Part shown: piece by piece, positions 51,430 through 61,669 of the stretch | How positions within the stretch are numbered: the stretch's first letter is position 1 | Layout of the letters: every line of letters begins with the position of its first letter | Source: Balanoglossus misakiensis | Lineage: Eukaryota > Animalia > Hemichordata | Assembly: GCA_040954595.2 (NCBI GenBank) | Contig: JBECUI020000036.1 | Span: 1-64,000, forward strand | Direction: 5' to 3' | Length of the DNA stretch: 64,000 bases | Made by a program: the position numbers and the translations under genes | The notes under the pieces: generated by a model | Seen by the model: only the letters and a program-made list of their open reading frames with translations | Databases searched by the model: none | Told to the model about the DNA's origin: nothing

Positions 51430-52029
51430 ATGAAGAAAGCATTAATCATTATTGATGTGCAAAACGATTTTCTTCCTCATGGAGCACTCCCCGTCCCTGC
51501 AGGGGACGAAGTAATTCCAGTCATTAATACTTTACAGAAAGAATTTTCCATTGTCATAGCAAGCATGGATTACCATCCCCGAGATCATGGCAGTTTTGCT
51601 GCAAACCACCCCGGCAAAAAACCGGGAGACATCATTGATTTACACGGAGTTCAGCAAATACTCTGGCCCGTACACGCAGTGCAAGGCACCGCCGGTGCAT
51701 CCTTGGCAGCCGACTTAGACATTGCCCGCATACAACATGTCATTCGTAAAGGCACAGACCCAAAAGTCGATAGCTATAGTGCCTTCTTCGATAACGACAG
51801 AAAAAAATCCACCGGACTAAGGTCTCTGCTTCAAACACTATCAGTAGAGAGCCTCTACGTATCCGGACTAGCCACCGATTACTGTGCCCTGTACACTGCA
51901 CTTGATGCATTACAAGAAGGATTTCAGACATACTTCTATGTCGAGGCATCACGTGGAGTCAATTTACAGCCCGGCGATTGTTCCACCGCATTACGTACAA
52001 TGGAATCAGCAGGCATTACATTAGTCTAG
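51430..52029 (+). CDS. pncA: Nicotinamidase/pyrazinamidase
   Basis: IDVQNDF, LWPVHAVQGT, DSYSAFFDN and GLATDYC. Confidence 0.95.
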   Translation: MKKALIIIDVQNDFLPHGALPVPAGDEVIPVINTLQKEFSIVIASMDYHPRDHGSFAANHPGKKPGDIIDLHGVQQILWPVHAVQGTAGASLAADLDIARIQHVIRKGTDPKVDSYSAFFDNDRKKSTGLRSLLQTLSVESLYVSGLATDYCALYTALDALQEGFQTYFYVEASRGVNLQPGDCSTALRTMESAGITLV

Positions 52030-52067
52030 CCCTATAACATTTTTTTTCATTATTTATTATTACCCTC

Positions 52068-52096
52068 TTGCATAATAATTTCTATTAGTCTAAAAT
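52068..52096 (+). promoter_or_regulatory. Sigma70-type promoter of the tro operon
   Basis: TTGCAT-N17-TAAAAT upstream of troA. Confidence 0.5.
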
Positions 52097-52149
52097 ATTT
52101 CTAATGATAGGCAAAAAAATAAATTAGACAAATAAAAAAGAGAATATGT

Positions 52150-53118
52150 ATGAGAAAATATATTGGATACAGTAGCATTATTATCGTTGTCTTACTGGTA
52201 TTTATGACCCAGTGGATTCCCGCAGAGAAGCTAGATACCCTTACAAATAAGTATACAATCGTTACGACAGTCAGTATGCTTGCAGATACAACACGCAACA
52301 TAACAGGAGAATATGCCACTGTAACCGAACTGATGGGACCCGGTACCGACCCGCACCTGTATTTGCCCTCTCGAAAAGATATACTGCAAATTAATGCAGC
52401 CGATCTAGTATTCTACGTAGGATTACTTCTTGAAGGACAACTCTCAAACACCTTGCACGACATGTCAAAGCAAGGCAGGGCCATATATGCAGTAAGTGAT
52501 AATGTCGCCAAAGACACCTTAATCTACCCCGATGGTACGACCGAAGCGGATCCCCATTTGTGGATGGACGTACAGTTGTGGACACAAGTTGTAGAGAGTA
52601 TTCGAGACCGTGTCAGTGCCTTCGATCCAATACATAAGGAATACTACTATGAACAGGCAGAAAAATATAAGAAAAAACTTCAATCATTGCATGCCCATGT
52701 TCGTGCATCATTACAAACAGTATCTCAGCGTACATTAATTACCGCACATGATGCCTTTAATTACTTCGGTCGTGCATATGACTTTGAAGTGATTGGCATT
52801 CAAGGTATATCCACCGAAAGTGAGGCCGGTATTGCAGATATTAATGCACTGGTCAACTATATTGTTTCAAAAAAAATTCCGGCAATCTTTTTTGAAAGTT
52901 CAGTATCAGATAAATATATTCGTGCACTCATTGAAGGAACAGCAAACCGTAACTATCCATTACGAATAGGAGGAGAGCTATTTTCCGATGCACTGGGTGC
53001 AGCAGATACGAACGCATCAACGTATATCGGTATGATCCTCTCCAATATAACAAATATTACCCTAGGGTTGGGCGGTACACTCGCCGAAATCAATATCGAT
53101 TTCCTCAATGAAAACTAG
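52150..53118 (+). CDS. troA: Mn/Zn/Fe ABC transporter substrate-binding protein
   Basis: GPGTDPHLY, DPHLWMD, LITAHDAFNYFG and LFSDALG. Confidence 0.93.
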   Translation: MRKYIGYSSIIIVVLLVFMTQWIPAEKLDTLTNKYTIVTTVSMLADTTRNITGEYATVTELMGPGTDPHLYLPSRKDILQINAADLVFYVGLLLEGQLSNTLHDMSKQGRAIYAVSDNVAKDTLIYPDGTTEADPHLWMDVQLWTQVVESIRDRVSAFDPIHKEYYYEQAEKYKKKLQSLHAHVRASLQTVSQRTLITAHDAFNYFGRAYDFEVIGIQGISTESEAGIADINALVNYIVSKKIPAIFFESSVSDKYIRALIEGTANRNYPLRIGGELFSDALGAADTNASTYIGMILSNITNITLGLGGTLAEINIDFLNEN

Positions 53119-53899
53119 AACTCAAAAAGAACAACAAGAATATAGACAACGCCGCGATAGCCCCCCTCTTCGCATCTCGGATCTCACTGTAAGCTATGGC
53201 AGTATTCCCGCATTATGGGATGTACATTTAGAAATTCCGGAAGGGAAATTAGTAGGAATAATCGGTCCAAACGGTGCCGGAAAAACAACCCTTATCAAAT
53301 CAATACTGGGCATAGTTCCGCGATTGAGTGGAAGAATCCTTATTTATGGTCGTCCATATAAAAAACAGCGCCGACTTATCTCGTATATTCCCCAACGCGA
53401 GAGCGTGGATTGGCACTATCCCATTACCGTTATTGATGCAGTACTCATGGGGCTCTACAGCCAAATCGGCTGGATTCGTCGGGTAAAGAAACATCATCGG
53501 GAACAGGCAATGCAGAGTCTGAACCTAGTCGGCATGCAGAAGCATGCAGATACACAAATCGGTGAACTCTCCGGCGGACAACAACAGCGCGTATTTCTTG
53601 CCCGATCCCTTGTACAAGACGCACAGCTTTATTTTCTTGATGAACCGCTTGCTGCTGTAGACCAGAAAACTGAACAGGAAATAGTCGCAGTGTTGCAAGG
53701 CCTACGCGATGCACAGCGGACATTGCTCGTTGTACATCATGATCTCAATACCGTACGCCAGTACTTTGACTACCTGATACTCCTCAATAGTACAGTCATT
53801 ACAAGCGGTCCTATTAATGCAGTTCTCACTCAGGAGAATATCTACCGAACCTACGGCATCAATCTTCCTCAGATAAACGACAATAAACATGCAATATAA
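53108..53899 (+). CDS. troB: Metal ABC transporter ATP-binding protein
   Basis: GPNGAGKTT, YIPQRESVDW, LSGGQQQRVFLAR and VHHDL. Confidence 0.93.
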   Translation: MKTRTQKEQQEYRQRRDSPPLRISDLTVSYGSIPALWDVHLEIPEGKLVGIIGPNGAGKTTLIKSILGIVPRLSGRILIYGRPYKKQRRLISYIPQRESVDWHYPITVIDAVLMGLYSQIGWIRRVKKHHREQAMQSLNLVGMQKHADTQIGELSGGQQQRVFLARSLVQDAQLYFLDEPLAAVDQKTEQEIVAVLQGLRDAQRTLLVVHHDLNTVRQYFDYLILLNSTVITSGPINAVLTQENIYRTYGINLPQINDNKHAI

Positions 53900-55217
53900 T
53901 ACATTCATCGTGTTGTTTGGAACAAGCATTTTAGGACTTGCCGGAGGCGTTCTCGGCTGCTTTCTTTTATTAAAAAAACGTGCTCTTTTTAGTGATACAA
54001 TCAGCCACGCAACCCTCCCCGGTGTGGGGCTTGCCTTTATCATTATGGAAGTCATCAATGTTGGAGGAAAATTTCTCCCTGGGCTCCTCTTTGGTGCCTT
54101 TATAAGTAGCCTCTTTGCTATAGCAGCCCTGTCCGCCCTCAAACGGAATACGCTGATTAAGGAAGATGCCTCCCTTGCTATTATTCTCTCGATTTTCTTC
54201 GGGATTGGCATACTTATGCTTTCACTAATACAACGTTTTCCTCGAGGGAGTGCTGCCGGACTCAATAGCTTTATCTATGGTAAAACCGCATCCATGCTCG
54301 CCTCCGATGCCACTCTTATCGCTGGTATATCGCTTTTTACCTTGCTCGCAATCTCTGCAGTTTACAAGGAAATGAACCTTTCATGTTTTGATAAGACATG
54401 GGCACAGGCAAAAGGCTTCCCAGTTGGTCTATTGGACATTATATTGGCAATTCTTTCCCTTCTCCTTATTATTGCAGGACTACAGGCAGTTGGGCTCATT
54501 ATGATGGTTGCAGTTATGATCCTGCCACCCATTGCTGCTCGTTTCTGGACCAATAATGTCCGAACAATGACCATTCTTGCCGCATTATTCGGCGTACTCG
54601 GCGGACTTATCGGTACAGGCATTAGCACATCCATCCCTGATGTTCCCGCAGGTGCTGTTATCGTTCTCGCTATGGGCAGCATATTCTGCTTCAGCCTTGT
54701 TTTTGGTAGAAAAGGCGGTCTTATTATCCTGATATTGCATGAAAGAAGAATAAAAAACAATATACTTCGTGAACGATTATTTCTTAACTGCTACTACGCA
54801 TTGCTACCGATACAGATAGATCAATGTCTGCAGTATCTTTCCAACTCTGAAGACAACGAGACCCATACGAGTCCTTACAGTACTGCATTTCAATATCAAC
54901 GAATGTTCGAAATTGAACACTACCAATTATTACGCTCGCATGGCTGGACAGCCTTGCAGGTCTCTCGGATGTTGCGACACTTTATTCACAAAGGATACCT
55001 ACAAAAAATTGATACCGATATGTATATACTCAGCAGAATTGGCTTTGCCGTAATGCTCCAACAAGTACGTCAACATGAATATACCCGTTTGCTTCTCTTA
55101 CATGGACAGCAAATGAACAGCACCTTGCCACCGGAAGTTACTGAAAGTATGCAAGAAACATTCCCTGCCCTCTTCGATAAGCGCTTTGACCAATGCATAG
55201 AGGAGTTTGCCGTATGA
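53889..55217 (+). CDS. troC: Metal ABC transporter permease with C-terminal DtxR-like extension
   Basis: ALFSDTISHATLPG ABC-3 motif plus a ~160-aa soluble C-terminal tail. Confidence 0.88.
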   Translation: MQYNTFIVLFGTSILGLAGGVLGCFLLLKKRALFSDTISHATLPGVGLAFIIMEVINVGGKFLPGLLFGAFISSLFAIAALSALKRNTLIKEDASLAIILSIFFGIGILMLSLIQRFPRGSAAGLNSFIYGKTASMLASDATLIAGISLFTLLAISAVYKEMNLSCFDKTWAQAKGFPVGLLDIILAILSLLLIIAGLQAVGLIMMVAVMILPPIAARFWTNNVRTMTILAALFGVLGGLIGTGISTSIPDVPAGAVIVLAMGSIFCFSLVFGRKGGLIILILHERRIKNNILRERLFLNCYYALLPIQIDQCLQYLSNSEDNETHTSPYSTAFQYQRMFEIEHYQLLRSHGWTALQVSRMLRHFIHKGYLQKIDTDMYILSRIGFAVMLQQVRQHEYTRLLLLHGQQMNSTLPPEVTESMQETFPALFDKRFDQCIEEFAV

Positions 55218-56098
55218 TCTGGACATCGCTTGATACATGGATGTTGATCACCATTGTCTTAACTGCAATAGCATGTGCCTTGCCGGGATGTTTTCTATTG
55301 CTCAAACGTATGAGCCTCGTGGGTGATGCCATTAGTCATGCCGTCCTGCCCGGCATTGCATTGTCGTTCCTGCTGACTGGGCAACGCAGTAGTTTGGTGA
55401 TGTTTATCGGTGCCGTAGGCACGGTAATCGTGTTAGTACTGGCATCAGAATTTCTCCGTACCAAAATGAGGGTAGAGGCAAGCGCCAGTCTTGGTGCCGT
55501 CTTCTCAATTCTATTTGCACTCGGATTAGTATTCATTGTTCGAGCAGCAGACAGCGTCGACCTTGATCCGAACTGCGTCTTGTATGGATCGGTAGAGTTG
55601 ACCGTTTTGAATACCTTTGATTTTTATGGGATTGCAGTACCACAGACCATACCCATCTTACTCGCAGTAGTAGTGCTCAATTCCCTTATCACCCTTATAT
55701 TCTATAAAGAACTGAACCTTGCATCCTTTGACGGCAACTATGCAAAATATCTCGGATTCCGTCCTGCACTACTGCACTATCTATTAATGATTGAGGTCGG
55801 CATTACCATGGTTGCTATTTTTCAGGTTGTAGGAAGTATTCTTAGTATAGCTATGCTTATTATTCCTGCAGCAACAGCAAGCATCTTTTCAAAAAGCCTG
55901 CGCACCATGTTGTGTACAGCAGTGATCTTCGCGATCTTATCTGCAGCATTCGGACATCTCGGAGTAATACTCCTCGATACCTATTGGTTACCAGGCAGTA
56001 ATCTCGCTGGTATGACGACCGTCAGTGCAGGCATTATCCTGCTTATTGTGCTTCTGCCTTCACAGCAGAAAAGTCCTCTTTCTCTTCGTCTGAAATAA
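55214..56098 (+). CDS. troD: Metal ABC transporter permease
   Basis: GDAISHAVLPG, VDLDPNCVLYG and YKEL..SFD. Confidence 0.9.
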   Translation: MIWTSLDTWMLITIVLTAIACALPGCFLLLKRMSLVGDAISHAVLPGIALSFLLTGQRSSLVMFIGAVGTVIVLVLASEFLRTKMRVEASASLGAVFSILFALGLVFIVRAADSVDLDPNCVLYGSVELTVLNTFDFYGIAVPQTIPILLAVVVLNSLITLIFYKELNLASFDGNYAKYLGFRPALLHYLLMIEVGITMVAIFQVVGSILSIAMLIIPAATASIFSKSLRTMLCTAVIFAILSAAFGHLGVILLDTYWLPGSNLAGMTTVSAGIILLIVLLPSQQKSPLSLRLK

Positions 56099-57104
56099 CT
56101 GAAATTGATGATGATGAAAATGAAAATGTTTCCAATGAGTCCGACCATCGCTTGGGGATTCTTACCGGTATCTCGCAACCTGCACTCCGCACGTGAACAA
56201 TGCTATAGCTCCCCCGAAATTCACGATGTACAACTTTCCCGCTGAACCTGTTTTTCTCCGCTCGACCAACAATAATATCCTCAGGGCGAACACAAAGAAT
56301 AACCCGCTGATGTTCTGTCGGTGAAGAGAGAACAACTGGACCCAGACAAGTTTCGACAACAGACCCCGAGGCACTTGTCTGCATCACCTTGCCTTTCAGA
56401 AGTAAACATTCACCAAGGAATGTCGCTGCAAACCTGCTTTGCGGATGATTGTATATCTCCTGTGGACTGCCAATCTGCATGATACCTCCGTTACGTATGA
56501 GAACAATTCGATCCGATATCGCAAAGGCCTCCTCCTGATCGTGAGTTACATAAATAACAGTGAGCCGCCGCTCTTGCTGAATAGCACGAATCTCTCTGCG
56601 AACCTGATACCGTAATGCCATATCAAGAGAGCCGAGAGGTTCATCAAGTAATAGAATATCCGGATTCGGTGCCAATGCCCGGGCAAGTGCAACCCGTTGC
56701 TGCTCCCCACCCGAGAGATTATACACCATTGTATGTGCATAGGAAGTCAGGTTCAGCAATTCAAGCAAGCCATCCACTGACCTTTGTATCTTGCCCTTCG
56801 AATATTTCCTCGTGCGCAGTCCGTAGGCTATATTATCCCAGACATTCATATGGAGAAAAAGAACGTAGTCTTGAAATACCATACAGGTATTGCGTTTATG
56901 TGGGGGGAGATCGGTAATGTCACGGTTGTGTAGTATAATTTTGCCCGACTGCGGTTGCAGAAATCCAGCAATACACCGAAGTATGCTCGTCTTTCCGGAT
57001 CCACTTGGACCAAGCAATGTTAATAACTCTTCCGGCTGTACCTGTAAACTAAAGGAAGATGTAAAATTTCCTTGAGAAAGAAGAATATTACAACAATCCA
57101 ACAT
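56043..57104 (-). CDS. thiQ: ABC transporter ATP-binding protein (thiamine import, PotA/FbpC-like with TOBE domain)
   Basis: GPSGSGKT, LSGGEQQRVALARAL and VTHDQEEA; in the operon under the TPP riboswitch. Confidence 0.75.
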   Translation of the reverse strand: MLDCCNILLSQGNFTSSFSLQVQPEELLTLLGPSGSGKTSILRCIAGFLQPQSGKIILHNRDITDLPPHKRNTCMVFQDYVLFLHMNVWDNIAYGLRTRKYSKGKIQRSVDGLLELLNLTSYAHTMVYNLSGGEQQRVALARALAPNPDILLLDEPLGSLDMALRYQVRREIRAIQQERRLTVIYVTHDQEEAFAISDRIVLIRNGGIMQIGSPQEIYNHPQSRFAATFLGECLLLKGKVMQTSASGSVVETCLGPVVLSSPTEHQRVILCVRPEDIIVGRAEKNRFSGKVVHREFRGSYSIVHVRSAGCEIPVRIPKRWSDSLETFSFSSSSISVISDEEKEDFSAVKAEAQ

Positions 57105-58698
57105 ATCTTCTTGCCCGCTGAAATTTTGTAGTAAGAAAATCAATAACAATAAGCAGTATTAATGTACAAGCTATTAATACAACACCGAGACGACAAGCCT
57201 CAAAGAAGCGATAGTTATCCATCATTCGGTACATAGCAACAGGAATGGGATAAAAATTAGGTGGGGCTAGCATTAATGATGCACTAAACTCCCCAAATGA
57301 AAGGGAGATCACTAATGAAACTGCAGCAAGGACGCCCGGCAATGCAAGGGGAAAATAAATTGTACGCCATACCAGAAATGGATTGGCACCGAGATTTGCA
57401 GCGGCCTGCGGTAAATCGCTACCTATGCCCTCCAATACAATAAGAAGGGTACGGACAAGAAGTGGAAGGGAAAAAACTGCATGCACCATCACCAAAACAA
57501 GAAAAATTTCTCCCCCAAAGAAACTTCGGATGTTCATATACCCCAAAGAAAGGATAATGGGAGAAACACAATAAGGAAGAAAAAGTAATGCCTGTACAAA
57601 ACCCTTTCTCCGCAATCGGTGCAAGGTTGCGGCAAGAAAACTGCCAATTAAGAATGACACTACTGTTGAACTCAGACTCAACACTAAACTACTGTACAAG
57701 GGAAGAAGGGCACTGCGAAAGAGCGTCGCATACGTACCTAAATCAGTAAAATTACTTGCCATTCGTGAACTCTGTGTCTGCATTGATAATACAATAATGG
57801 CAATCAGGGGTAAGAGTATCGCACTAAAGATCAAAACAAGATATGGTCTTGCCCAGTAGACTGCTCGGCTCTCCCGCAACAAGGGAAGATCTTCCTCTCG
57901 CCTTACTTGTATACCACGCACACCCCGCCCTGACAGAAAAAAAGCAGATATTGCAAGAGTAATACCTGTTTGAATAAGAGCAAGGGTTGCCGCCTGCTGA
58001 ATGTTAAAATCAATCTTAACAAGGCGATAGATTGCTACTTCAAGTGTTGCATGCCAAGGTCCACCACCCATCACCAGAACCACAGCAAAACTCGTAAAGC
58101 AGAATAGGAATATTATAGTCGCACATGCCCGAAACGCCGGCATAAGATGCGGTAATACTATGTCTCGATATACCCGACTAGAACTCGCCCCAAGATTGCG
58201 CGCAGCATGTATCTGTGACCATGATATGGTATCCCACTTCGCAGATAACAAACGCGTACAGATTCCAAAATTATAAAACCCATGCGCTAACACAATACCA
58301 CCAAGCGAATATAAAACAGGAAGAATCGGTTTGTCAGCCGTCGGCATAAGCCATGAAAGAAATCGGTTAATAATGCCATTATTCCCCCAAACCAGAATGA
58401 ATCCAAGCACTAAGAGGATTGATGGTAACATAAAGGAAACAAGAGACAAGCTACGCAATAAGCGTTTGCCGTGGAATCGAAAATGACTGATGATATACGC
58501 AGCTGGTAGTCCTAAAATAATTGCTAGCACCGTGCTCAGGATCGCCTGTAACAAGGTAAAAAAAAACATACGCCGGTATAACGCTGACTGAATAACAGTA
58601 ATAACAGTAGATAGTTCCATACCTTGCACAATAAAAAGCAAAAGAGGCATGTATAACACCGTTACTGTAAGAAAGACCAGCGGCCCGGCAATTTTCAT
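57088..58698 (-). CDS. thiP: Thiamine ABC transporter permease
   Basis: Duplicated permease domains (AARNLGAS, AAANLGAN), FTLLQA and FTSFAVVL..GG; follows thiB. Confidence 0.85.
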   Translation of the reverse strand: MKIAGPLVFLTVTVLYMPLLLFIVQGMELSTVITVIQSALYRRMFFFTLLQAILSTVLAIILGLPAAYIISHFRFHGKRLLRSLSLVSFMLPSILLVLGFILVWGNNGIINRFLSWLMPTADKPILPVLYSLGGIVLAHGFYNFGICTRLLSAKWDTISWSQIHAARNLGASSSRVYRDIVLPHLMPAFRACATIIFLFCFTSFAVVLVMGGGPWHATLEVAIYRLVKIDFNIQQAATLALIQTGITLAISAFFLSGRGVRGIQVRREEDLPLLRESRAVYWARPYLVLIFSAILLPLIAIIVLSMQTQSSRMASNFTDLGTYATLFRSALLPLYSSLVLSLSSTVVSFLIGSFLAATLHRLRRKGFVQALLFLPYCVSPIILSLGYMNIRSFFGGEIFLVLVMVHAVFSLPLLVRTLLIVLEGIGSDLPQAAANLGANPFLVWRTIYFPLALPGVLAAVSLVISLSFGEFSASLMLAPPNFYPIPVAMYRMMDNYRFFEACRLGVVLIACTLILLIVIDFLTTKFQRARRYVGLL

Positions 58699-59729
58699 TG
58701 AAGCGTGCCCATAAATTCCTGCCAGTCGTTTAACCATTGCTCACGATTTTCTCGTATCTCATCTATGCTCAGTACAACAGGTCTGTCGGGTGCAACGGCA
58801 TACGAAAAGGATGGTGGCACAGGGATATCACTACGTATCGGATACATAATGTTTGTCAAAGGAATTTCTGATTGAAAATGTGATGATAACACGAAATCAA
58901 TGAACTGCTCGGCTCCCGTGGGATTTTGTGCATACGCTGTAATACCTGCATACTCAATCTGCAAATAATTGCCATCGTCAAAGATCGCAGCCTTTATGTC
59001 ATAGTTCTCCTCAAACTCAGCATGATACACCGGACTGGTACTATAACTCAGTACCATACGCGCCTCCCCCGATGTAAAGAGACCGTAGGCAGTACTCCAG
59101 CCATCAACAATAGCAAGTACTGACGGACGTAGCCGTTCCCAATAATCAAGATACCTATCACCGTAGGTCCGTATCGTCCAGAATAGAAAGGAAAGACCCA
59201 AACTGGAACTTCGCGGGTCAGTAAGAACAATGGAACGCTGAAAGCGAGCATGAGTTAGATCTTCTAATCCGGTTGGTGGATGGATGACATCACCTTGATT
59301 ATATACAAATGCAAGATAGCCGAAATCATAGGGAACGAGCCGGTTCTCCGTTCCCTCAAATAACCAGGATGGAACACTATCCGATATCTCAAACTTTGGG
59401 CTATACTCACGGAGAAAATCGTTTTGTAGCACCATTGGAATCATGTTGTTGTCTATCCCAATAATAACATCCGGTCGTTGCGGATCCTGAGGATCCATGC
59501 TCTTTGCTGCAAGGAAGTTCGTTACCGTATCACCCACTGAAATAAATGTAATATTCCATCCAGTCTCGGCTGTAAAAATATCCTTAATTTTCGGGCCCAT
59601 GCCCCATTCAGATACAAAAGATTCGGATGCATAAATAATAACCGTTCCCTTTGCTGCTGCTTCTTTACTCGGTCCAGCGTACAGCATGACCGCCATACAT
59701 AGAAATAATACCGCAATACACTTATTCAT
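58695..59729 (-). CDS. thiB: Thiamine ABC transporter substrate-binding protein
   Basis: SFVSEWG.GP, GIDNN, PYDFGY, DPRSSSLG, WSTAYGLF, VLSYSTSP and LQIE. Confidence 0.92.
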   Translation of the reverse strand: MNKCIAVLFLCMAVMLYAGPSKEAAAKGTVIIYASESFVSEWGMGPKIKDIFTAETGWNITFISVGDTVTNFLAAKSMDPQDPQRPDVIIGIDNNMIPMVLQNDFLREYSPKFEISDSVPSWLFEGTENRLVPYDFGYLAFVYNQGDVIHPPTGLEDLTHARFQRSIVLTDPRSSSLGLSFLFWTIRTYGDRYLDYWERLRPSVLAIVDGWSTAYGLFTSGEARMVLSYSTSPVYHAEFEENYDIKAAIFDDGNYLQIEYAGITAYAQNPTGAEQFIDFVLSSHFQSEIPLTNIMYPIRSDIPVPPSFSYAVAPDRPVVLSIDEIRENREQWLNDWQEFMGTLQ

Positions 59730-59785
59730 AATTTTCCCCATACAAATACATAAAAGAGAATAAATCAGTGCAGGAAGGTGATCTT

Positions 59786-59857
59786 GATCCTCCCTGCGCT
59801 GATATTACTCAGATCAGGTTCCACGGGTATATTCTCAGGAGATACCACCCCGGGATC
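59786..59857 (-). ncRNA. TPP riboswitch
   Basis: Minus strand GATCC CGGGGTG...CTGAGAATATACCCGTGGAACCTGATCTGAGTAATATCAGCGCAGGGA GGATC has the THI-box core; upstream of thiB. Confidence 0.92.
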
Positions 59858-59905
59858 ATCGGTAGTATAACATGCAAAGAGAAATAGTGCAATAAATTTG
59901 CTGAT

Positions 59906-60757
59906 TTATATATGTTTTTTATGACTGGCAAGATAATGCTCCAGCCATCGTATGAACATAGAAAGAGTTACGGTAATGCTGAGATACAAAAAGGCAACAA
60001 CATTGTAGGTTTCAAAAAAGAGAAAGGTTGATGAAGAATAGATCTTTCCAATAAGGGTAATGTCCCGAACACCGAGAACAGATACAAGAGCGGAATCTTT
60101 AATAATAGCAACAAACTCATTGCCGAGTGGCGGCAAGACATTTCGAAATGCTTGTGGTAAAACAATGTTGTATAAGGTTCTCCATCGGCTCATGCCAAGT
60201 GCGAGTGCTGCCTCAGTTTGCCCCGCTTCAACTGATAGAATGCCCGCACGAAATATTTCCGCAATAAAGGCACTATATCCTATAGTCAAGGCAATGACTG
60301 CACGCCAGGTAAAAGTGAGATCCCGTATTCCAACCTTCTGTAGGGGGAAGCCGAGATAACGTAAGGGCTCTCCAATCCAGTTCAAGAGCACTACAATGGC
60401 AGGGGCAGCAACAAAGGCTATGTAGTAGAGGATAACAAGCATGGGGACTCCACGAATAATCTCCGTGTAAAACGATGAAATTTCCCGCAAAACTCGCCAA
60501 TGGGAAACACGCATAAGAGCAATGCAGAGCCCGAGAAATATTGCTAATACATAGGATAGAACCGAGACATACAATGTCGTCCCCAGCCCTTCCAGAGTAA
60601 TAAGAAAAATTTCCCCGAGGGTCTCTGTTCGTATGCTATACCAAACAAATATAATGCCCCCAAACAGTAGGAAGAGAAACCAATAGGGAAGCCGCGCAAA
60701 GAGACTTTGTACGGGCGGTCTGATGTGCTCAGAATCGCCCGATTTATTCAAAATCAA
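59906..60757 (-). CDS. Polar amino acid ABC transporter permease
   Basis: YTEIIRGVP, SAFIAEIFRAGI, GQTEAALALG and IKDSAL. Confidence 0.93.
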   Translation of the reverse strand: MILNKSGDSEHIRPPVQSLFARLPYWFLFLLFGGIIFVWYSIRTETLGEIFLITLEGLGTTLYVSVLSYVLAIFLGLCIALMRVSHWRVLREISSFYTEIIRGVPMLVILYYIAFVAAPAIVVLLNWIGEPLRYLGFPLQKVGIRDLTFTWRAVIALTIGYSAFIAEIFRAGILSVEAGQTEAALALGMSRWRTLYNIVLPQAFRNVLPPLGNEFVAIIKDSALVSVLGVRDITLIGKIYSSSTFLFFETYNVVAFLYLSITVTLSMFIRWLEHYLASHKKHI

Positions 60758-60760
60758 GTC

Positions 60761-61564
60761 CTATTTCTCAAAGTTGTACTCAAAGAACCAATACTTCGTT
60801 AAACGATCAAGAGTGCCGTCTTTCCGTATGGTTTCAAGAGCAATATTAAAAGGTTCGACCAAGTCGGATGCAGGAGTAAAGATATACCCGAATTCTTCAC
60901 TTCCCAGTGGACCGCCGACCACCTTCAGCTTGTCCGGGTGAACACCGATATAACCCCGACTGGAAGCTGCATCCATCAATACAAGATCAACATCTCCGCT
61001 AATTAAGGCCTGCACCAATGCACCGAAGGAATTAAAAATATGTATCCGCGGATTATCTTCGTTCCCGTCAAGCACTTCATAGACTGCAGTATAAAAATTT
61101 GTTGTTCCCGCGATGGCGCCGACTAACAAATCTGATTGCTCACTAAACATTTTTGGAGAATCAAATCTTTCTTCATTCGCCCGGACTAACATAAACTGTT
61201 CGGATTTTAGGTAGGGAGCGGAGAAATCAATGATTTTTTCTCGTTCCTCTGTGATGGTAATTCCATCCATGCCGACATCAAACTGTCCTTCACGAACCGA
61301 AGCAATCATTGTTTCCCACGATGATAAATACCACTCAACCTTGAGATTCAATCGTTTAGCGATCTCATTGGTAATGTCATACTCAAAACCTATTGATTTC
61401 CCGGTTTTTGGATTAACCATACTCAACGGCGGGTAATCGTTACTGGTAACTGCATGAATGATTCGTCCATTCAAATCCGGCATTTTCACCACAGAACCAT
61501 GACTATCTGCAAAAACTACAGCATACGAAAACAATATGCATAATAAACTATAAAGAAACTTCAT
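60761..61564 (-). CDS. Polar amino acid ABC transporter substrate-binding protein (SBP_bac_3)
   Basis: DYPPL, GFEYDI and GITITEEREKIIDFSAPY. Confidence 0.92.
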   Translation of the reverse strand: MKFLYSLLCILFSYAVVFADSHGSVVKMPDLNGRIIHAVTSNDYPPLSMVNPKTGKSIGFEYDITNEIAKRLNLKVEWYLSSWETMIASVREGQFDVGMDGITITEEREKIIDFSAPYLKSEQFMLVRANEERFDSPKMFSEQSDLLVGAIAGTTNFYTAVYEVLDGNEDNPRIHIFNSFGALVQALISGDVDLVLMDAASSRGYIGVHPDKLKVVGGPLGSEEFGYIFTPASDLVEPFNIALETIRKDGTLDRLTKYWFFEYNFEK

Positions 61565-61669
61565 TGATAACTTTTCTCCCAAAAAATTTTGTTTACAATG
61601 TAAACGTTGATAATACCTTAGTATTATATTATACTAATTTGTATTCCAAGGTCAATATAGGATTCAAGC

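Noticed and set aside
52075-52135. TroR/DtxR operator upstream of troA
   Set aside because: Only short imperfect inverted repeats (GTCTAA/TTAGAC) in AT-rich DNA; not enough to call.
59906-61564. Amino acid ABC transporter lacking an ATPase gene
   Set aside because: Orphan SBP-permease pairs using an ATPase encoded elsewhere are common; not notable without the whole genome.
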